A stretch of 33,614 nt of DNA from a virus (lineage: Duplodnaviria; Caudoviricetes), in the IMG/VR virus record IMGVR_UViG_3300020043_004190, positions 1 through 33,614 of that record; one strand, 5' to 3'. Positions within the stretch are counted from its first letter, which is position 1, and every line of letters starts with the position of its first letter. Shown here one piece after another: positions 16,667-24,841 of this stretch. The translations under genes and the position numbers were made by a program. The notes under the pieces are model-generated. The model was not told the origin of the DNA, did no database searches, and saw only the letters and a program-made list of their open reading frames with translations.

Positions 16667-17344
16667 TTAGAAATCTAAATCTTCACTCTCTTCAAAAACG
16701 TTGACTGATTCCTCTACTAAAACTGGTTTTAAGTAGCTTTTTAGATAACCTTCTAAAGTATCAAAACAATTATCGGCTAAAATTGCCTCGTCACTTGTTA
16801 GGGATTTCTCAAATCCAAAGTCAGGGGTAAAGAATTTGACAGCTCCTTTTTTGCCTTCAATCGCTTTGGATACAATTACCCACTCGTCAGCTAATCGGTT
16901 TCTAACCTTTTGGGTAAACTCACCCCACTTTTGAACTGCTGAGCCTTTTAGTTGTAGGTTGGCTAAAGTGCCATCCTCTAACATAATGTAAATAGACTTT
17001 ACATAGTGACCGCCAGCGGACTGCACTTTCTCTTTAATGTCTTTATAAAGACCTTTAGCGATTTCATTCCCTTTGAATGGTTTAACAGTCATAGGTTCCT
17101 TAGAAATGTACTTAACCTCGTTTGAGAAAATACCGCTTTCGGTTGCATCGTTCCATCCTTTTATAGTGTGGAGTTCATCCAGTACTAAGAATTTAAAAGG
17201 TAACGGTACTTGTACTTTCTTTTGAGCCTCTTTGTCGTAGTACTCAAAACCTTTGTCGTTTGATTTCCAATCTAAAAACTTTGTGGCTGGGTTAGATTGT
17301 GGTTGTGCGAATGCACTTCTGCGGTTTGATGTTGTATTTTCCAT
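16667..17344 (-). CDS. Putative ssDNA-binding/annealing protein
   Basis: 225 aa in the replication operon; acidic tail ending EESEDLDF. Confidence 0.5.
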   Translation of the reverse strand: MENTTSNRRSAFAQPQSNPATKFLDWKSNDKGFEYYDKEAQKKVQVPLPFKFLVLDELHTIKGWNDATESGIFSNEVKYISKEPMTVKPFKGNEIAKGLYKDIKEKVQSAGGHYVKSIYIMLEDGTLANLQLKGSAVQKWGEFTQKVRNRLADEWVIVSKAIEGKKGAVKFFTPDFGFEKSLTSDEAILADNCFDTLEGYLKSYLKPVLVEESVNVFEESEDLDF

Positions 17345-17355
17345 CTTAAAAATAT

Positions 17356-17466
17356 TTATTTCTGATTCGGAATTAAGATGCCCGAACCTTGCATCGGTAA
17401 TATTATTTCGCAGTCAACTACTTCTATTTCGTTGGCTCTCATTTCAAAGAATAAATCTTTACTCAT
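17356..17466 (-). CDS. Small hypothetical protein (36 aa)
   Basis: MSKDLFFEMRANE...; ATG 17466 lies just after the leader terminator (the TTG-started 64-aa call runs through the RNA structure). Confidence 0.45.
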   Translation of the reverse strand: MSKDLFFEMRANEIEVVDCEIILPMQGSGILIPNQK

Positions 17467-17477
17467 AATTATAGGGG

Positions 17478-17577
17478 TTAAAAAAGCGCCTAAAATTGTC
17501 GGTATCCACTCCAACTCATTTAGGCGCTTTAGGTATATAACTAACCTCAAACTTTTAATGTAGGTGGATATTCTACG
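17478..17577 (-). ncRNA. Structured 5' leader/attenuator of the replication operon
   Basis: Terminator stem AAAGCGCCTAAA/TTTAGGCGCTTT with U tract; its loop AGTGGATA is complementary to TATCCAC in an upstream hairpin loop. Confidence 0.55.
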
Positions 17578-17581
17578 TCAA

Positions 17582-17616
17582 CAAATATACAAAAAAGTAT
17601 CTTATAACTATACTTT
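17582..17616 (-). promoter_or_regulatory. TATATTTG promoter box with adjacent 23-bp operator
   Basis: Minus-strand TATATTTG at 17582-89; AAAGTATCTTATAACTATACTTT at 17594-17616. Confidence 0.65.
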
Positions 17617-17624
17617 ATTTTTAT

Positions 17625-17894
17625 TTACATAAAATTTAATTTACTTTCGAGTATGGTCCAAGTCGTATGAACATAAATAATCTCAGGAATAGTATCCTCT
17701 TTTCGCTTTGCGTAATCTAACACTCGGTCAATGTCAATTCGGTTTAGTCTATATTCGAAATTACCATTGTGAGTAATAGGGTATATCTTTAACTTTTGGC
17801 ATCGGTAACGCAAATTTTCTTTACTGATTCCGTAAACTTTAGAAACTTCTTTTAAGTTGTAAGTCCAAAACTCATTTGGTTTCATTGCTTTCAT
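17625..17894 (-). CDS. HTH/excisionase-like DNA-binding protein
   Basis: YNLKEVSKVYGISKENLRYR MerR/Xis-like HTH. Confidence 0.55.
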   Translation of the reverse strand: MKAMKPNEFWTYNLKEVSKVYGISKENLRYRCQKLKIYPITHNGNFEYRLNRIDIDRVLDYAKRKEDTIPEIIYVHTTWTILESKLNFM

Positions 17895-17896
17895 AA

Positions 17897-18076
17897 TTAA
17901 ATTATTTCTAAATCCTTTTGCGAATAGCTGTTTGTAAATCCGCCCCAGTCGACTATAATTCTACTTGACGATTCGTAAGCCTTAACCACTCCGATAGTGT
18001 CTTTTGGATTGTGTCTGTCATCTTCTTTGTAGTATTGCGATGTTTCGCTTAATTTTACTTGTGTTCCTTTTATCAT
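17897..18076 (-). CDS. Small hypothetical protein (59 aa, SH3-like pattern)
   Basis: Read manually: MIKGTQVKL...IGVV...IIVDWGG..NSYSQKDLEII. Confidence 0.55.
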   Translation of the reverse strand: MIKGTQVKLSETSQYYKEDDRHNPKDTIGVVKAYESSSRIIVDWGGFTNSYSQKDLEII

Positions 18077-18082
18077 TTTGTT

Positions 18083-18256
18083 TTAGTTTATGTAGTCCAT
18101 TAAATATTCATATTTCAAATCGCTTTCGTTAAAAGCGTTTATTTGCTCCTCAGTCATCTCGATTCCATCGCAATCACCACTTACCAAATAAGCATCGCAG
18201 TAATCAGGATAGTCGTTATGGTCTATATCGTCGAATTCTAAGTTGGTGTATCTCAT
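18083..18256 (-). CDS. Small highly acidic protein (57 aa)
   Basis: Read manually: MRYTNLEFDDIDHNDYPDYCDAYL...; 16 D/E versus 2 K/R. Confidence 0.6.
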   Translation of the reverse strand: MRYTNLEFDDIDHNDYPDYCDAYLVSGDCDGIEMTEEQINAFNESDLKYEYLMDYIN

Positions 18257-18462
18257 TACAATAAGTTATTAAGTTGTTGTAAAGGGTTTTGAAACATATC
18301 ATCGAGTACGTTTGGTTTTACTTCCTCAGCGTTGGCTACTTCCCAATCATTAACTATGTCTTGGAATAGTTGTTTAGCTTGTCTTAATTCATTTTCTAAA
18401 TAAGCGTTTCTAATTTCTAACGCTTGTATTCTGTCGCTTTGGTATTTGATTAAATCTTCCAT
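18256..18462 (-). CDS. Hypothetical coiled-coil protein
   Basis: 68-aa coupled ORF. Confidence 0.55.
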   Translation of the reverse strand: MEDLIKYQSDRIQALEIRNAYLENELRQAKQLFQDIVNDWEVANAEEVKPNVLDDMFQNPLQQLNNLL

Positions 18463-18575
18463 AATGTTATTATTAAAAAGGTTAGTGTAAAAGCTATCGA
18501 AAGTGCGATTAACATTTCTTTAGCTCTATTAAAAGTTCGTCTTAGTTCTTTGCGGTCTTGCTCTGTTAATTTCAT
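18450..18575 (-). CDS. Small membrane protein (41 aa)
   Basis: Read manually: MKLTEQDRKELRRTFNRAKEMLIALSIAFTLTFLIITLWKI. Confidence 0.5.
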   Translation of the reverse strand: MKLTEQDRKELRRTFNRAKEMLIALSIAFTLTFLIITLWKI

Positions 18576-18715
18576 ATTTGCCAAATGTGTATTAAGTATT
18601 TAACTATTTTCTCAGGGATATGGTCAAAGCTTGTGTAGTGTTCAACGCCCTCAGCTTTATTGTCTCGGTTGAAAAAATCCTCAACTCTTTTGCGGGTTTC
18701 TGCTGTTAGTGTCAT
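18572..18715 (-). CDS. Small hypothetical protein (47 aa)
   Basis: Read manually; ATGA overlaps at both ends. Confidence 0.5.
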   Translation of the reverse strand: MTLTAETRKRVEDFFNRDNKAEGVEHYTSFDHIPEKIVKYLIHIWQI

Positions 18716-19041
18716 AGCGTTGGAGAGGTTAAGTCATAAAGCATTTGCTTAGTGATAGATTTCACTTCGTAAAAGTGGATGCCGTTGTAATCCATATTTA
18801 CTTTAAAGGTTCTGTTTTGAAAATCTTTATAGAATAAAAGGGTAAACTTTGTAGCGAAGTCTTCAATATTGTTTGACATCGAAAACGCCCCGACTTTGTC
18901 GCCCATATTATAACGGGTTGGTTTACCTATTTTAAGACCTAATTCCGCTATCTTATTAAATGATAGTGATTGTCTTTGCCCATCGATAAGAACGTTAATT
19001 CTCGTTGCTTTGTGTCCTTTGGTTTTAATGTTTGTTGTCAT
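18712..19041 (-). CDS. Hypothetical early protein
   Basis: 109-aa coupled ORF. Confidence 0.55.
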   Translation of the reverse strand: MTTNIKTKGHKATRINVLIDGQRQSLSFNKIAELGLKIGKPTRYNMGDKVGAFSMSNNIEDFATKFTLLFYKDFQNRTFKVNMDYNGIHFYEVKSITKQMLYDLTSPTL

Positions 19042-19152
19042 CTTAATAGTTTTTTGTAGTTTTCTATTTCTTCTCGTTTGGTTAGTTTCTTTTCTTTCGG
19101 TTGCTCTTTGCTTTCGATGATTGCGATTGCGTGTTTAAGTGCTTCGACTATT

Positions 19153-19392
19153 TCAGTTGTTATCATCGTTTTGTTCGTTTAAGGTTCGACTGATAATTTT
19201 AAGAACTGTGTTTTGATGTTCTTTCGGGATGCTCCAACCTCTGTAGTTACTAAACCAAGTGTTTCGTATTGTTCCAAAAGTGGTTGGTACTTCGTTGGCG
19301 ATTTCGGTAATCAATTTTGTTTTGTCTTTTACCGAAACGAATAGCATTTTAATTGTTTCGATTTGCGGTTGTTCTTTTTTTGTTTTGGTCAT
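19153..19392 (-). CDS. Cro-like first early gene
   Basis: 79 aa, divergent from the repressor; helical pattern IANEV..TFGTIRN.W...W.IP. Confidence 0.5.
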   Translation of the reverse strand: MTKTKKEQPQIETIKMLFVSVKDKTKLITEIANEVPTTFGTIRNTWFSNYRGWSIPKEHQNTVLKIISRTLNEQNDDNN

Positions 19393-19509
19393 AAATTTCT
19401 GTTTATCGGTTTTTTATATCTTTTAATCGTATTTCTAACAACTTTTTTTAATCTCAATACTTAAATAATAGTATATTTGTGTTGTTGTTGTTGTTGTTGT
19501 AATACTTAG

Positions 19510-19540
19510 CAAAGATAGTGCAATATTTCATATTTGCAAA
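19510..19540 (-). promoter_or_regulatory. Leftward early (lytic) promoter
   Basis: Perfect Bacteroidota consensus on the minus strand: TTTG(19540-37)-N19-TATCTTTG(19517-10). Confidence 0.75.
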
Positions 19541-19561
19541 TAAAATAGTGCAAAATTTCAC
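19515..19561. promoter_or_regulatory. Tandem repressor operators
   Basis: ATAGTGCAATATTTCA (19515-30) and ATAGTGCAAAATTTCA (19545-60); a third inverted copy GTGAAATATTGCA at 19728-40. Confidence 0.7.
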
Positions 19562-19588
19562 TTTTAAATTAAAATAATTTATAATTAA

Positions 19589-19957
19589 TTGAAAATGAAC
19601 GGGATAGAATTAAGAGAAAATCGTATAAAACACGGTCTAACACAAGAAAAGTTAGGCGAGTTACTCGGTGTATCTAAAAGAACCGTGATAAATTATGAAC
19701 AAGGCGAAGTGATACCAAATACAAAAAGTGAAATATTGCATCGGGTATTTAGTGGAAGTCAAACAGTAGAGTTAAAAGAAAAAGACGACGAACTAACCAG
19801 TCTTATAATAGACAAACTATTTAAGTCGGATAAATTCAAAGAGAAGTTACTGGATTATATTAAAGATAATATGTCCGTAATAGGCGAGGAGGAAGCAATA
19901 AAATTTGAGGCTTATTTAATGGACTTCATTAAACAGCAGAAAGGCAACCAACAATAG
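19589..19957 (+). CDS. CI-like XRE-family HTH repressor (no peptidase domain)
   Basis: LTQEKLGELLGVSKRTVINYEQGE..P HTH_3 motif; start TTG 19589 or ATG 19595. Confidence 0.85.
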   Translation: MKMNGIELRENRIKHGLTQEKLGELLGVSKRTVINYEQGEVIPNTKSEILHRVFSGSQTVELKEKDDELTSLIIDKLFKSDKFKEKLLDYIKDNMSVIGEEEAIKFEAYLMDFIKQQKGNQQ

Positions 19958-20136
19958 GTTAAGGTTTTGTTTGTTTTGGTAATCTTTAAGTAAACGCTCA
20001 AGCATTTCCAAAGGGATTTTCTTTTCGTCATAAAGGCGTTTAATCATCATAAGGTACTGAAGTCGGGCAAACATAACAGATTATTTTAAAATCGACCAAA
20101 GGTAAATAACTATCGTTAAAAGTAAATGTTAAAATT

Positions 20137-20421
20137 ATGAAAAATATTACAGATAAAGTTTTTGACATCATAGAGATATTAAAAGCGAGAGGCGATGTTC
20201 GATTTTATGCGGATGTTTACCGAGTGATGGATATGCAGAAAGGAAACTTTAATCAGGTTAAAATGCGCAGTTATGACTTTACCGTTAAACAACTTTGTCT
20301 ATTCATTAATCACTACAAAATAAACGCCAATCATTTGTTTAAAAACGACCCGAAAATCTTTGACACAAATAATACACAAATACAAAAAAAAAGTGAGTAT
20401 TCGATTTTCTCAAATAACTAA
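20137..20421 (+). CDS. Second HTH-type regulator
   Basis: 94 aa, helical HTH-like pattern ending INANHLF. Confidence 0.55.
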   Translation: MKNITDKVFDIIEILKARGDVRFYADVYRVMDMQKGNFNQVKMRSYDFTVKQLCLFINHYKINANHLFKNDPKIFDTNNTQIQKKSEYSIFSNN

Positions 20422-20552
20422 CAATCAATTAATTAACTTTTTAAAAACATAGTGCAGAGTTTCCCTCTTTCTCCGCTACTAATTGGGAAACGTACTAAAC
20501 ACACGGCTTCCCAATTTTTTTTTAAAATACAGTACACAAATAATACACAAAT
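20363..20552. other. attP site (tRNA-Ser 3'-end core flanked by arm-type repeats)
   Basis: Core TCCCTCTTTCTCCGC (20462-76); identical 19-mers ACACAAATAATACACAAAT at 20363-81 and 20534-52; immediately upstream of the integrase. Confidence 0.7.
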
Positions 20553-21705
20553 GAAGCCTATTTATTCAATCCCAAAAGTGTCAAAAACTACCTCAAATTG
20601 GTATGTACATTTTCGATACGAGGGGAAACAATTTAGGTATAAGATGAATTTAAATAAGATTGAGGATTTAGAACAAAGAGCTGAAAGTTTTAATCGATTG
20701 TGTATTGCTATTTACGAAAAGTTAAGAAGCGGTTGGAATCCAAACTTAAAAGAAGTTCCCGAAATGGGAACTAATTATACTTTCCTCGAAGCGTTAGACT
20801 TTGCATTATCTAAAAAGAAACCGAACATTTCAAAGAAAACCGCTTTAGGTTATGAAGGAACGATTAAATTTATCAAGACAGCCACAAAACAACTACGACT
20901 AATTAACTTACCGATTACCGAAGTCAAACGGGTTCATATTAAAACGATAATGGAAAAGGCACAGTCAAATCGTTGTTGGACTAATAACGCCTATAACAAG
21001 CACCTAAACCAACTTAAAGCGGTTATGAGTGAATTAATACAGTATGATATAATCGAAAGCAATCCCGCCCACAATATTAAAAATCTAAGGATTGAGGAAA
21101 GCATAGCGCACGCACCCGCTACCGACGAACAAATGAAAGCGATAAAAAAAGAGTTACTTGAAAACCACTACAACTTTTATATTTTTATTCTATTGATTTA
21201 TAGTATAGGAGTTAGACCTGTTGAGATACTAAGCATTAAATTGGATATGATTGATTTGGATGCTGACCTAATAGTGTTACCGCCAAACATAACCAAAGGG
21301 CGTAAGAAGTACCGAACACTACCAATCACAAAACAGTTAAAAGAGTTTCTACAAAGTTTGCAATTTGAAAACTTGCCAAAGTCTTATTATTTATTTGGTT
21401 CGTTTAGACAGCAAGGCAAGGGAAACGTTGGCGCAAGTGTTGATTTTATCCCCGCACCTACTCCGCTTAAAAGAGATACAGCTACAAAACGTTGGCATAA
21501 GATTGTAAAGGTTGGATTGGGTATCGATGTAACTATGTACTCTATGAAAAAGTACGGGGCAAATAAAAAAGCTGAGGCTGGTATTTCTATTGATGCTATA
21601 CAAGGAACGTTTGGGCATAGCAAAAAAGAAACTACTTTGATATACCTGACTAAGCAAAACGAGATTAACCGTAAAGAGATAATGGATAAGTCGCCTGATT
21701 TGTAA
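20551..21705 (+). CDS. int: Tyrosine integrase
   Basis: Arm-binding N-terminus (WYVHFRY), GVRPVE (Arg), TKG (Lys), YSMKK box, FGHS and TLIY (Tyr); probable start ATG 20551. Confidence 0.9.
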   Translation: MKPIYSIPKVSKTTSNWYVHFRYEGKQFRYKMNLNKIEDLEQRAESFNRLCIAIYEKLRSGWNPNLKEVPEMGTNYTFLEALDFALSKKKPNISKKTALGYEGTIKFIKTATKQLRLINLPITEVKRVHIKTIMEKAQSNRCWTNNAYNKHLNQLKAVMSELIQYDIIESNPAHNIKNLRIEESIAHAPATDEQMKAIKKELLENHYNFYIFILLIYSIGVRPVEILSIKLDMIDLDADLIVLPPNITKGRKKYRTLPITKQLKEFLQSLQFENLPKSYYLFGSFRQQGKGNVGASVDFIPAPTPLKRDTATKRWHKIVKVGLGIDVTMYSMKKYGANKKAEAGISIDAIQGTFGHSKKETTLIYLTKQNEINRKEIMDKSPDL

Positions 21706-21723
21706 ACAGATTTGTTTATAACC

Positions 21724-21755
21724 AAAAATCCCCATCTAAATCAATAGTGGGGATT
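21724..21755. terminator. Hairpin after integrase
   Basis: AATCCCCA...TGGGGATT; the U tract is on the minus strand. Confidence 0.55.
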
Positions 21756-21811
21756 AATGAACCAAACTAAAAAAACATTATGAAAAACCAAAGATAAAAA
21801 ATATTTTGATA

Positions 21812-21847
21812 AAAGTATAGTTATTCGATACTTTTTTTGTAGCTTTG
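21812..21847 (+). promoter_or_regulatory. 23-bp operator followed by TAGCTTTG promoter box
   Basis: AAAGTATAGTTATTCGATACTTT (21812-34) and TAGCTTTG (21840-47), with ATG at 21852. Confidence 0.65.
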
Positions 21848-21851
21848 TTTT

Positions 21852-22070
21852 ATGGAAGTAGCAAAACTATTAATGTACGGCTTAACCGATGAGGATGGGT
21901 ACTTTGTTGACTTCTATTTTGACATTAACCAAGCGCAAGGAGTTTTTGTAAATGAGGACGGTTACATCGGGTTAGTTTTAAGCGGTCAAATATACGAGTT
22001 GGAATATAGCCAAAGCCTATTCGACAATATAAAGGCGGTACTTAGTTTAAAAACATTAGGATTTAATTAA
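21852..22070 (+). CDS. Small acidic hypothetical protein
   Basis: 72-aa ORF, first gene of the sigma/terminase operon. Confidence 0.55.
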   Translation: MEVAKLLMYGLTDEDGYFVDFYFDINQAQGVFVNEDGYIGLVLSGQIYELEYSQSLFDNIKAVLSLKTLGFN

Positions 22071-22071
22071 T

Positions 22072-22527
22072 ATGCTTGAGCAATTAGCAAAAATGGATAA
22101 GTACTGGCGTAAAATGGCTTTGCAAATTTGCGGAGACAGAATGACAGCCGACGACCTCGTGCAGGATATGTATTTAAAGTTTGCTAATTACGATAAGGAA
22201 ATGAATGAGTACTACGTTTTTTTCGCTTTGCGTTCAATTCACATTAACAACCTAAAGAAGCGGAAGATTGAAACGGTATCAAATGAGGTCGAAAACCTTT
22301 CTTTAAAAGAGGATGACTATTGCGAGGAAACAGATTTCTTAAAGGAACTGATTTTAAAAGAGGTTAACGACTTACCGTATTTTGAAAGAGAAACATTAAA
22401 AGTAACTCAGATAATAAGCCAAAGGGAATTAGCAAGGCAAACGGATATACCTTTTGAAACAATAAATAAGACGATTAAAAAGACTAAACAACAATTAAAA
22501 GAGATATGGCTAAACGAAAAAAAATAA
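22072..22527 (+). CDS. ECF-like sigma-70 factor (phage late sigma)
   Basis: Region 2 ADDLVQDMYLK and region 4 LPYFERE...SQRELARQTDIP..TI. Confidence 0.8.
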   Translation: MLEQLAKMDKYWRKMALQICGDRMTADDLVQDMYLKFANYDKEMNEYYVFFALRSIHINNLKKRKIETVSNEVENLSLKEDDYCEETDFLKELILKEVNDLPYFERETLKVTQIISQRELARQTDIPFETINKTIKKTKQQLKEIWLNEKK

Positions 22528-22841
22528 CTGGACTTGGTGATGCTATTGCAACCGTAACCGATGCGTTAGGAATTGAACAATGCGAGGGGTGTAAAAAACG
22601 TCAAGATACTTTAAACAAACTTTTACCTTTCGGGACTAAAGATTTAACAGACGATCAAAAAGAATATTTACAAAACTTCTTTTCGACTGAGCAAACAGAA
22701 TTAACACCAACACAGCAAAAGGAATTAATTGGCATATATTTTGATGCGTACCAAATTAAACCATTTGTACCTTGCACGGGTTGTAGTGGTGTTTGGAAAT
22801 CAATTATAAAGAAACTAAAAAAACTAAATTATGAAAACTAA
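22506..22841 (+). CDS. Hypothetical protein with two CxxC motifs
   Basis: GLGD.IA..T...GI..CEGC..R and PCTGC. Confidence 0.6.
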   Translation: MAKRKKITGLGDAIATVTDALGIEQCEGCKKRQDTLNKLLPFGTKDLTDDQKEYLQNFFSTEQTELTPTQQKELIGIYFDAYQIKPFVPCTGCSGVWKSIIKKLKKLNYEN

Positions 22842-23103
22842 AATTATGTTAATTGCTTTGGCGTTCGGGTTAATGTCAAGCACGTGTTCAAGTGAAGACC
22901 AACCGCAAGATGAAAACCTTTGCGAGTGTCAAAAAGTATATTATGATTATGGGTTGTTGGGATTCGGTCAAGGCGGTGTAGTTCCAATTTGGGGTTATAC
23001 TGAGGTAGGTGCTGAAACGGCTACGCAAATGGATTGCGATTTAAATACGGGAGAGTATATGCAAATTGATACTAATAGTTACTATAGAATTGAGTGCGAG
23101 TAA
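22831..23103 (+). CDS. Small Cys-containing putative lipoprotein
   Basis: Signal peptide followed by SSTC. Confidence 0.5.
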   Translation: MKTKIMLIALAFGLMSSTCSSEDQPQDENLCECQKVYYDYGLLGFGQGGVVPIWGYTEVGAETATQMDCDLNTGEYMQIDTNSYYRIECE

Positions 23104-23305
23104 TGCGTTTCAAATAGGAGACAGATTAAGAGATATTGAAGATGGGGATTTCTTTTATGAGGGATTTGTTATAGGTTTTAAAGATAACGAGCCTATTTAT
23201 AAAATAGACAAAGTTGTTTTTATTAATGATTGTAAAAATGACGAATTGATAGGAAAAGAAACCACTCCTTTACTATGGTATATAAAAAAAATTAAATGTG
23301 AATAA
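23066..23305 (+). CDS. Hypothetical protein
   Basis: ORF of up to 79 aa; start uncertain. Confidence 0.4.
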   Translation: MILIVTIELSASNAFQIGDRLRDIEDGDFFYEGFVIGFKDNEPIYKIDKVVFINDCKNDELIGKETTPLLWYIKKIKCE

Positions 23306-23331
23306 ATCTAAATATTAAATTCTATTAGATT

Positions 23332-23622
23332 ATGGATAAAAGAGTAAACAACGGTAATAAAGGACATAGCACAAAGGCAGTAGGCATCGACAAGCGTAAG
23401 AACGAATACAAAAGCGCATTGGATTCCGCTTCGGGTGTTGACGATGTTATTAACGTAATTCTAAAGGTAAAGGACAAAGCATTAGAGGGCGATTTAAACG
23501 CTTGTAAATTGTTTTTGGAATACTACTTAGGCAAACCTACTCAGACCATAAATCAAAGCACAGACATAACCTTAAACGATTTCAATTTAAAAGAGGTAAT
23601 TAAATTTGATAACCTTAAATAA
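23332..23622 (+). CDS. Terminase small subunit (putative)
   Basis: Directly upstream of TerL; ALEGD..A.KLFLEYYLGKP motif. Confidence 0.65.
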   Translation: MDKRVNNGNKGHSTKAVGIDKRKNEYKSALDSASGVDDVINVILKVKDKALEGDLNACKLFLEYYLGKPTQTINQSTDITLNDFNLKEVIKFDNLK

Positions 23623-24811
23623 TAAATACAAACCTCTTTTTGAAAACGATACTCGATATTTTATTATAACGGGAGGAAGAGGGTCGAGCAAATCTTTCGG
23701 GGTTGGTACATTTACCAACCTCTTATCGTTTGAAGCGGGGCATAAAATCCTATTCACTCGTCAAACTATGACAAGTGCGCACCTTTCAATTATCCCTGAG
23801 TTTCAAGAGAAAATCGACCTAATGGAATTGAATAACTTTTTTGAGGTTAACAAATCCGAGATTAGAAACAAGCAAAGCAAATCCGATATTATATTCAGAG
23901 GGATTAAAACAAGTTCGGGAGACCAAACGGCTAACCTTAAATCATTACAAGGCGTTACAACTTGGATATTAGACGAGGCGGAAGAGCTGACCGATGAAAC
24001 GACCTTTGATAAGATTAACTTATCAATCCGACAAAAGGGAAAACAAAACCGTATTATATTAATCTTAAACCCCGCAACCAAAGAGCATTGGATTTACAAA
24101 AGGTTCTTTGAAGAGAAAGGCGTACAAGAAGGTTTTAACGGCATTAAAGACGATGTCACATACATTCACACCACTTACGAGGATAACGTCGCAAACTTAG
24201 ACGAAAGCTTCATTAACGAGGTGTTGAGAATTAAAGAAACAAACCCCGAAAAATATAAACACCAAATCTTAGGCGGTTGGTTAAACAAAGCTGAGGGAGT
24301 TGTTTATTCTAATTGGCGCATCGATAACTTTAGCGACTTAGGGAATTCAATTTACGGGCAGGATTTTGGTTTTAGTATTGACCCTACTACATTAGTGCAG
24401 GTTTCAATCGATAAGGCTAAAAAGGTAATCTATGCGAAAGAGCTTCTTTATAAAGTATCGTTAAACACTACCGAGATATACAAAGAGAACTATCGTTACT
24501 GTGGAAATCGTAACTTAATAATAGCAGATAGCGCAGAGCCTCGACTGATTTCGGAGTTAAAGAGTAGAGGGTTAAATATTAAAGGAATCGACAAACCAAA
24601 GATAATCGATAGGATTGCTTTAGTTAATGATTATGAATTAGTAGTTGACCCAGAAAGCACAAACTTAATCAAAGAACTTAACAACTACGTTTGGCACGAT
24701 AAGAAGAGCGAAACCCCAATAGACGACTACAATCACTTACTCGATGCTTTAGGGTATGCCGTTTGGAACTACATAGGCAAACCCAATAAAGGTAAATATG
24801 ACATTCGTTAA
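23606..24811 (+). CDS. terL: Terminase large subunit (PBSX/SPP1-like)
   Basis: GGRGSSKS Walker A, WILDEAEE Walker B, LNP, DFGFSIDP and NHLLDAL nuclease motifs. Confidence 0.93.
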   Translation: MITLNNKYKPLFENDTRYFIITGGRGSSKSFGVGTFTNLLSFEAGHKILFTRQTMTSAHLSIIPEFQEKIDLMELNNFFEVNKSEIRNKQSKSDIIFRGIKTSSGDQTANLKSLQGVTTWILDEAEELTDETTFDKINLSIRQKGKQNRIILILNPATKEHWIYKRFFEEKGVQEGFNGIKDDVTYIHTTYEDNVANLDESFINEVLRIKETNPEKYKHQILGGWLNKAEGVVYSNWRIDNFSDLGNSIYGQDFGFSIDPTTLVQVSIDKAKKVIYAKELLYKVSLNTTEIYKENYRYCGNRNLIIADSAEPRLISELKSRGLNIKGIDKPKIIDRIALVNDYELVVDPESTNLIKELNNYVWHDKKSETPIDDYNHLLDALGYAVWNYIGKPNKGKYDIR

Positions 24812-24837
24812 TACAAAACTGTTTTTTGTTGTTATTA
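24808..24837 (+). promoter_or_regulatory. Putative phage-sigma late promoter, copy 2
   Basis: 30-bp identity with 1541-1570; ATG follows 4 nt later. Confidence 0.7.
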
Positions 24838-24841
24838 AGGT

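Noticed and set aside
19916-20074. Possible 52-aa minus-strand ORF overlapping the repressor 3' end (MFARLQYLMMIKRLY...)
   Set aside because: It is plausible but has no recognisable motif or promoter support, so it was not called
20452-20480. Full tRNA gene
   Set aside because: Only the last ~15 nt resemble a tRNA; there is no GTTC T-loop, D arm or anticodon arm, so it was interpreted as the attP core
20452-20550. GTG-started N-terminal extension of the integrase
   Set aside because: It runs through the attP core and arm sites; ATG 20551 gives a normal-looking N-terminus
20551-21705. Phage integrase as an integron integrase (IntI)
   Set aside because: It has an arm-binding N-terminus and its own attP, shows no evident IntI-specific insertion, and lies 11 kb from the cassette
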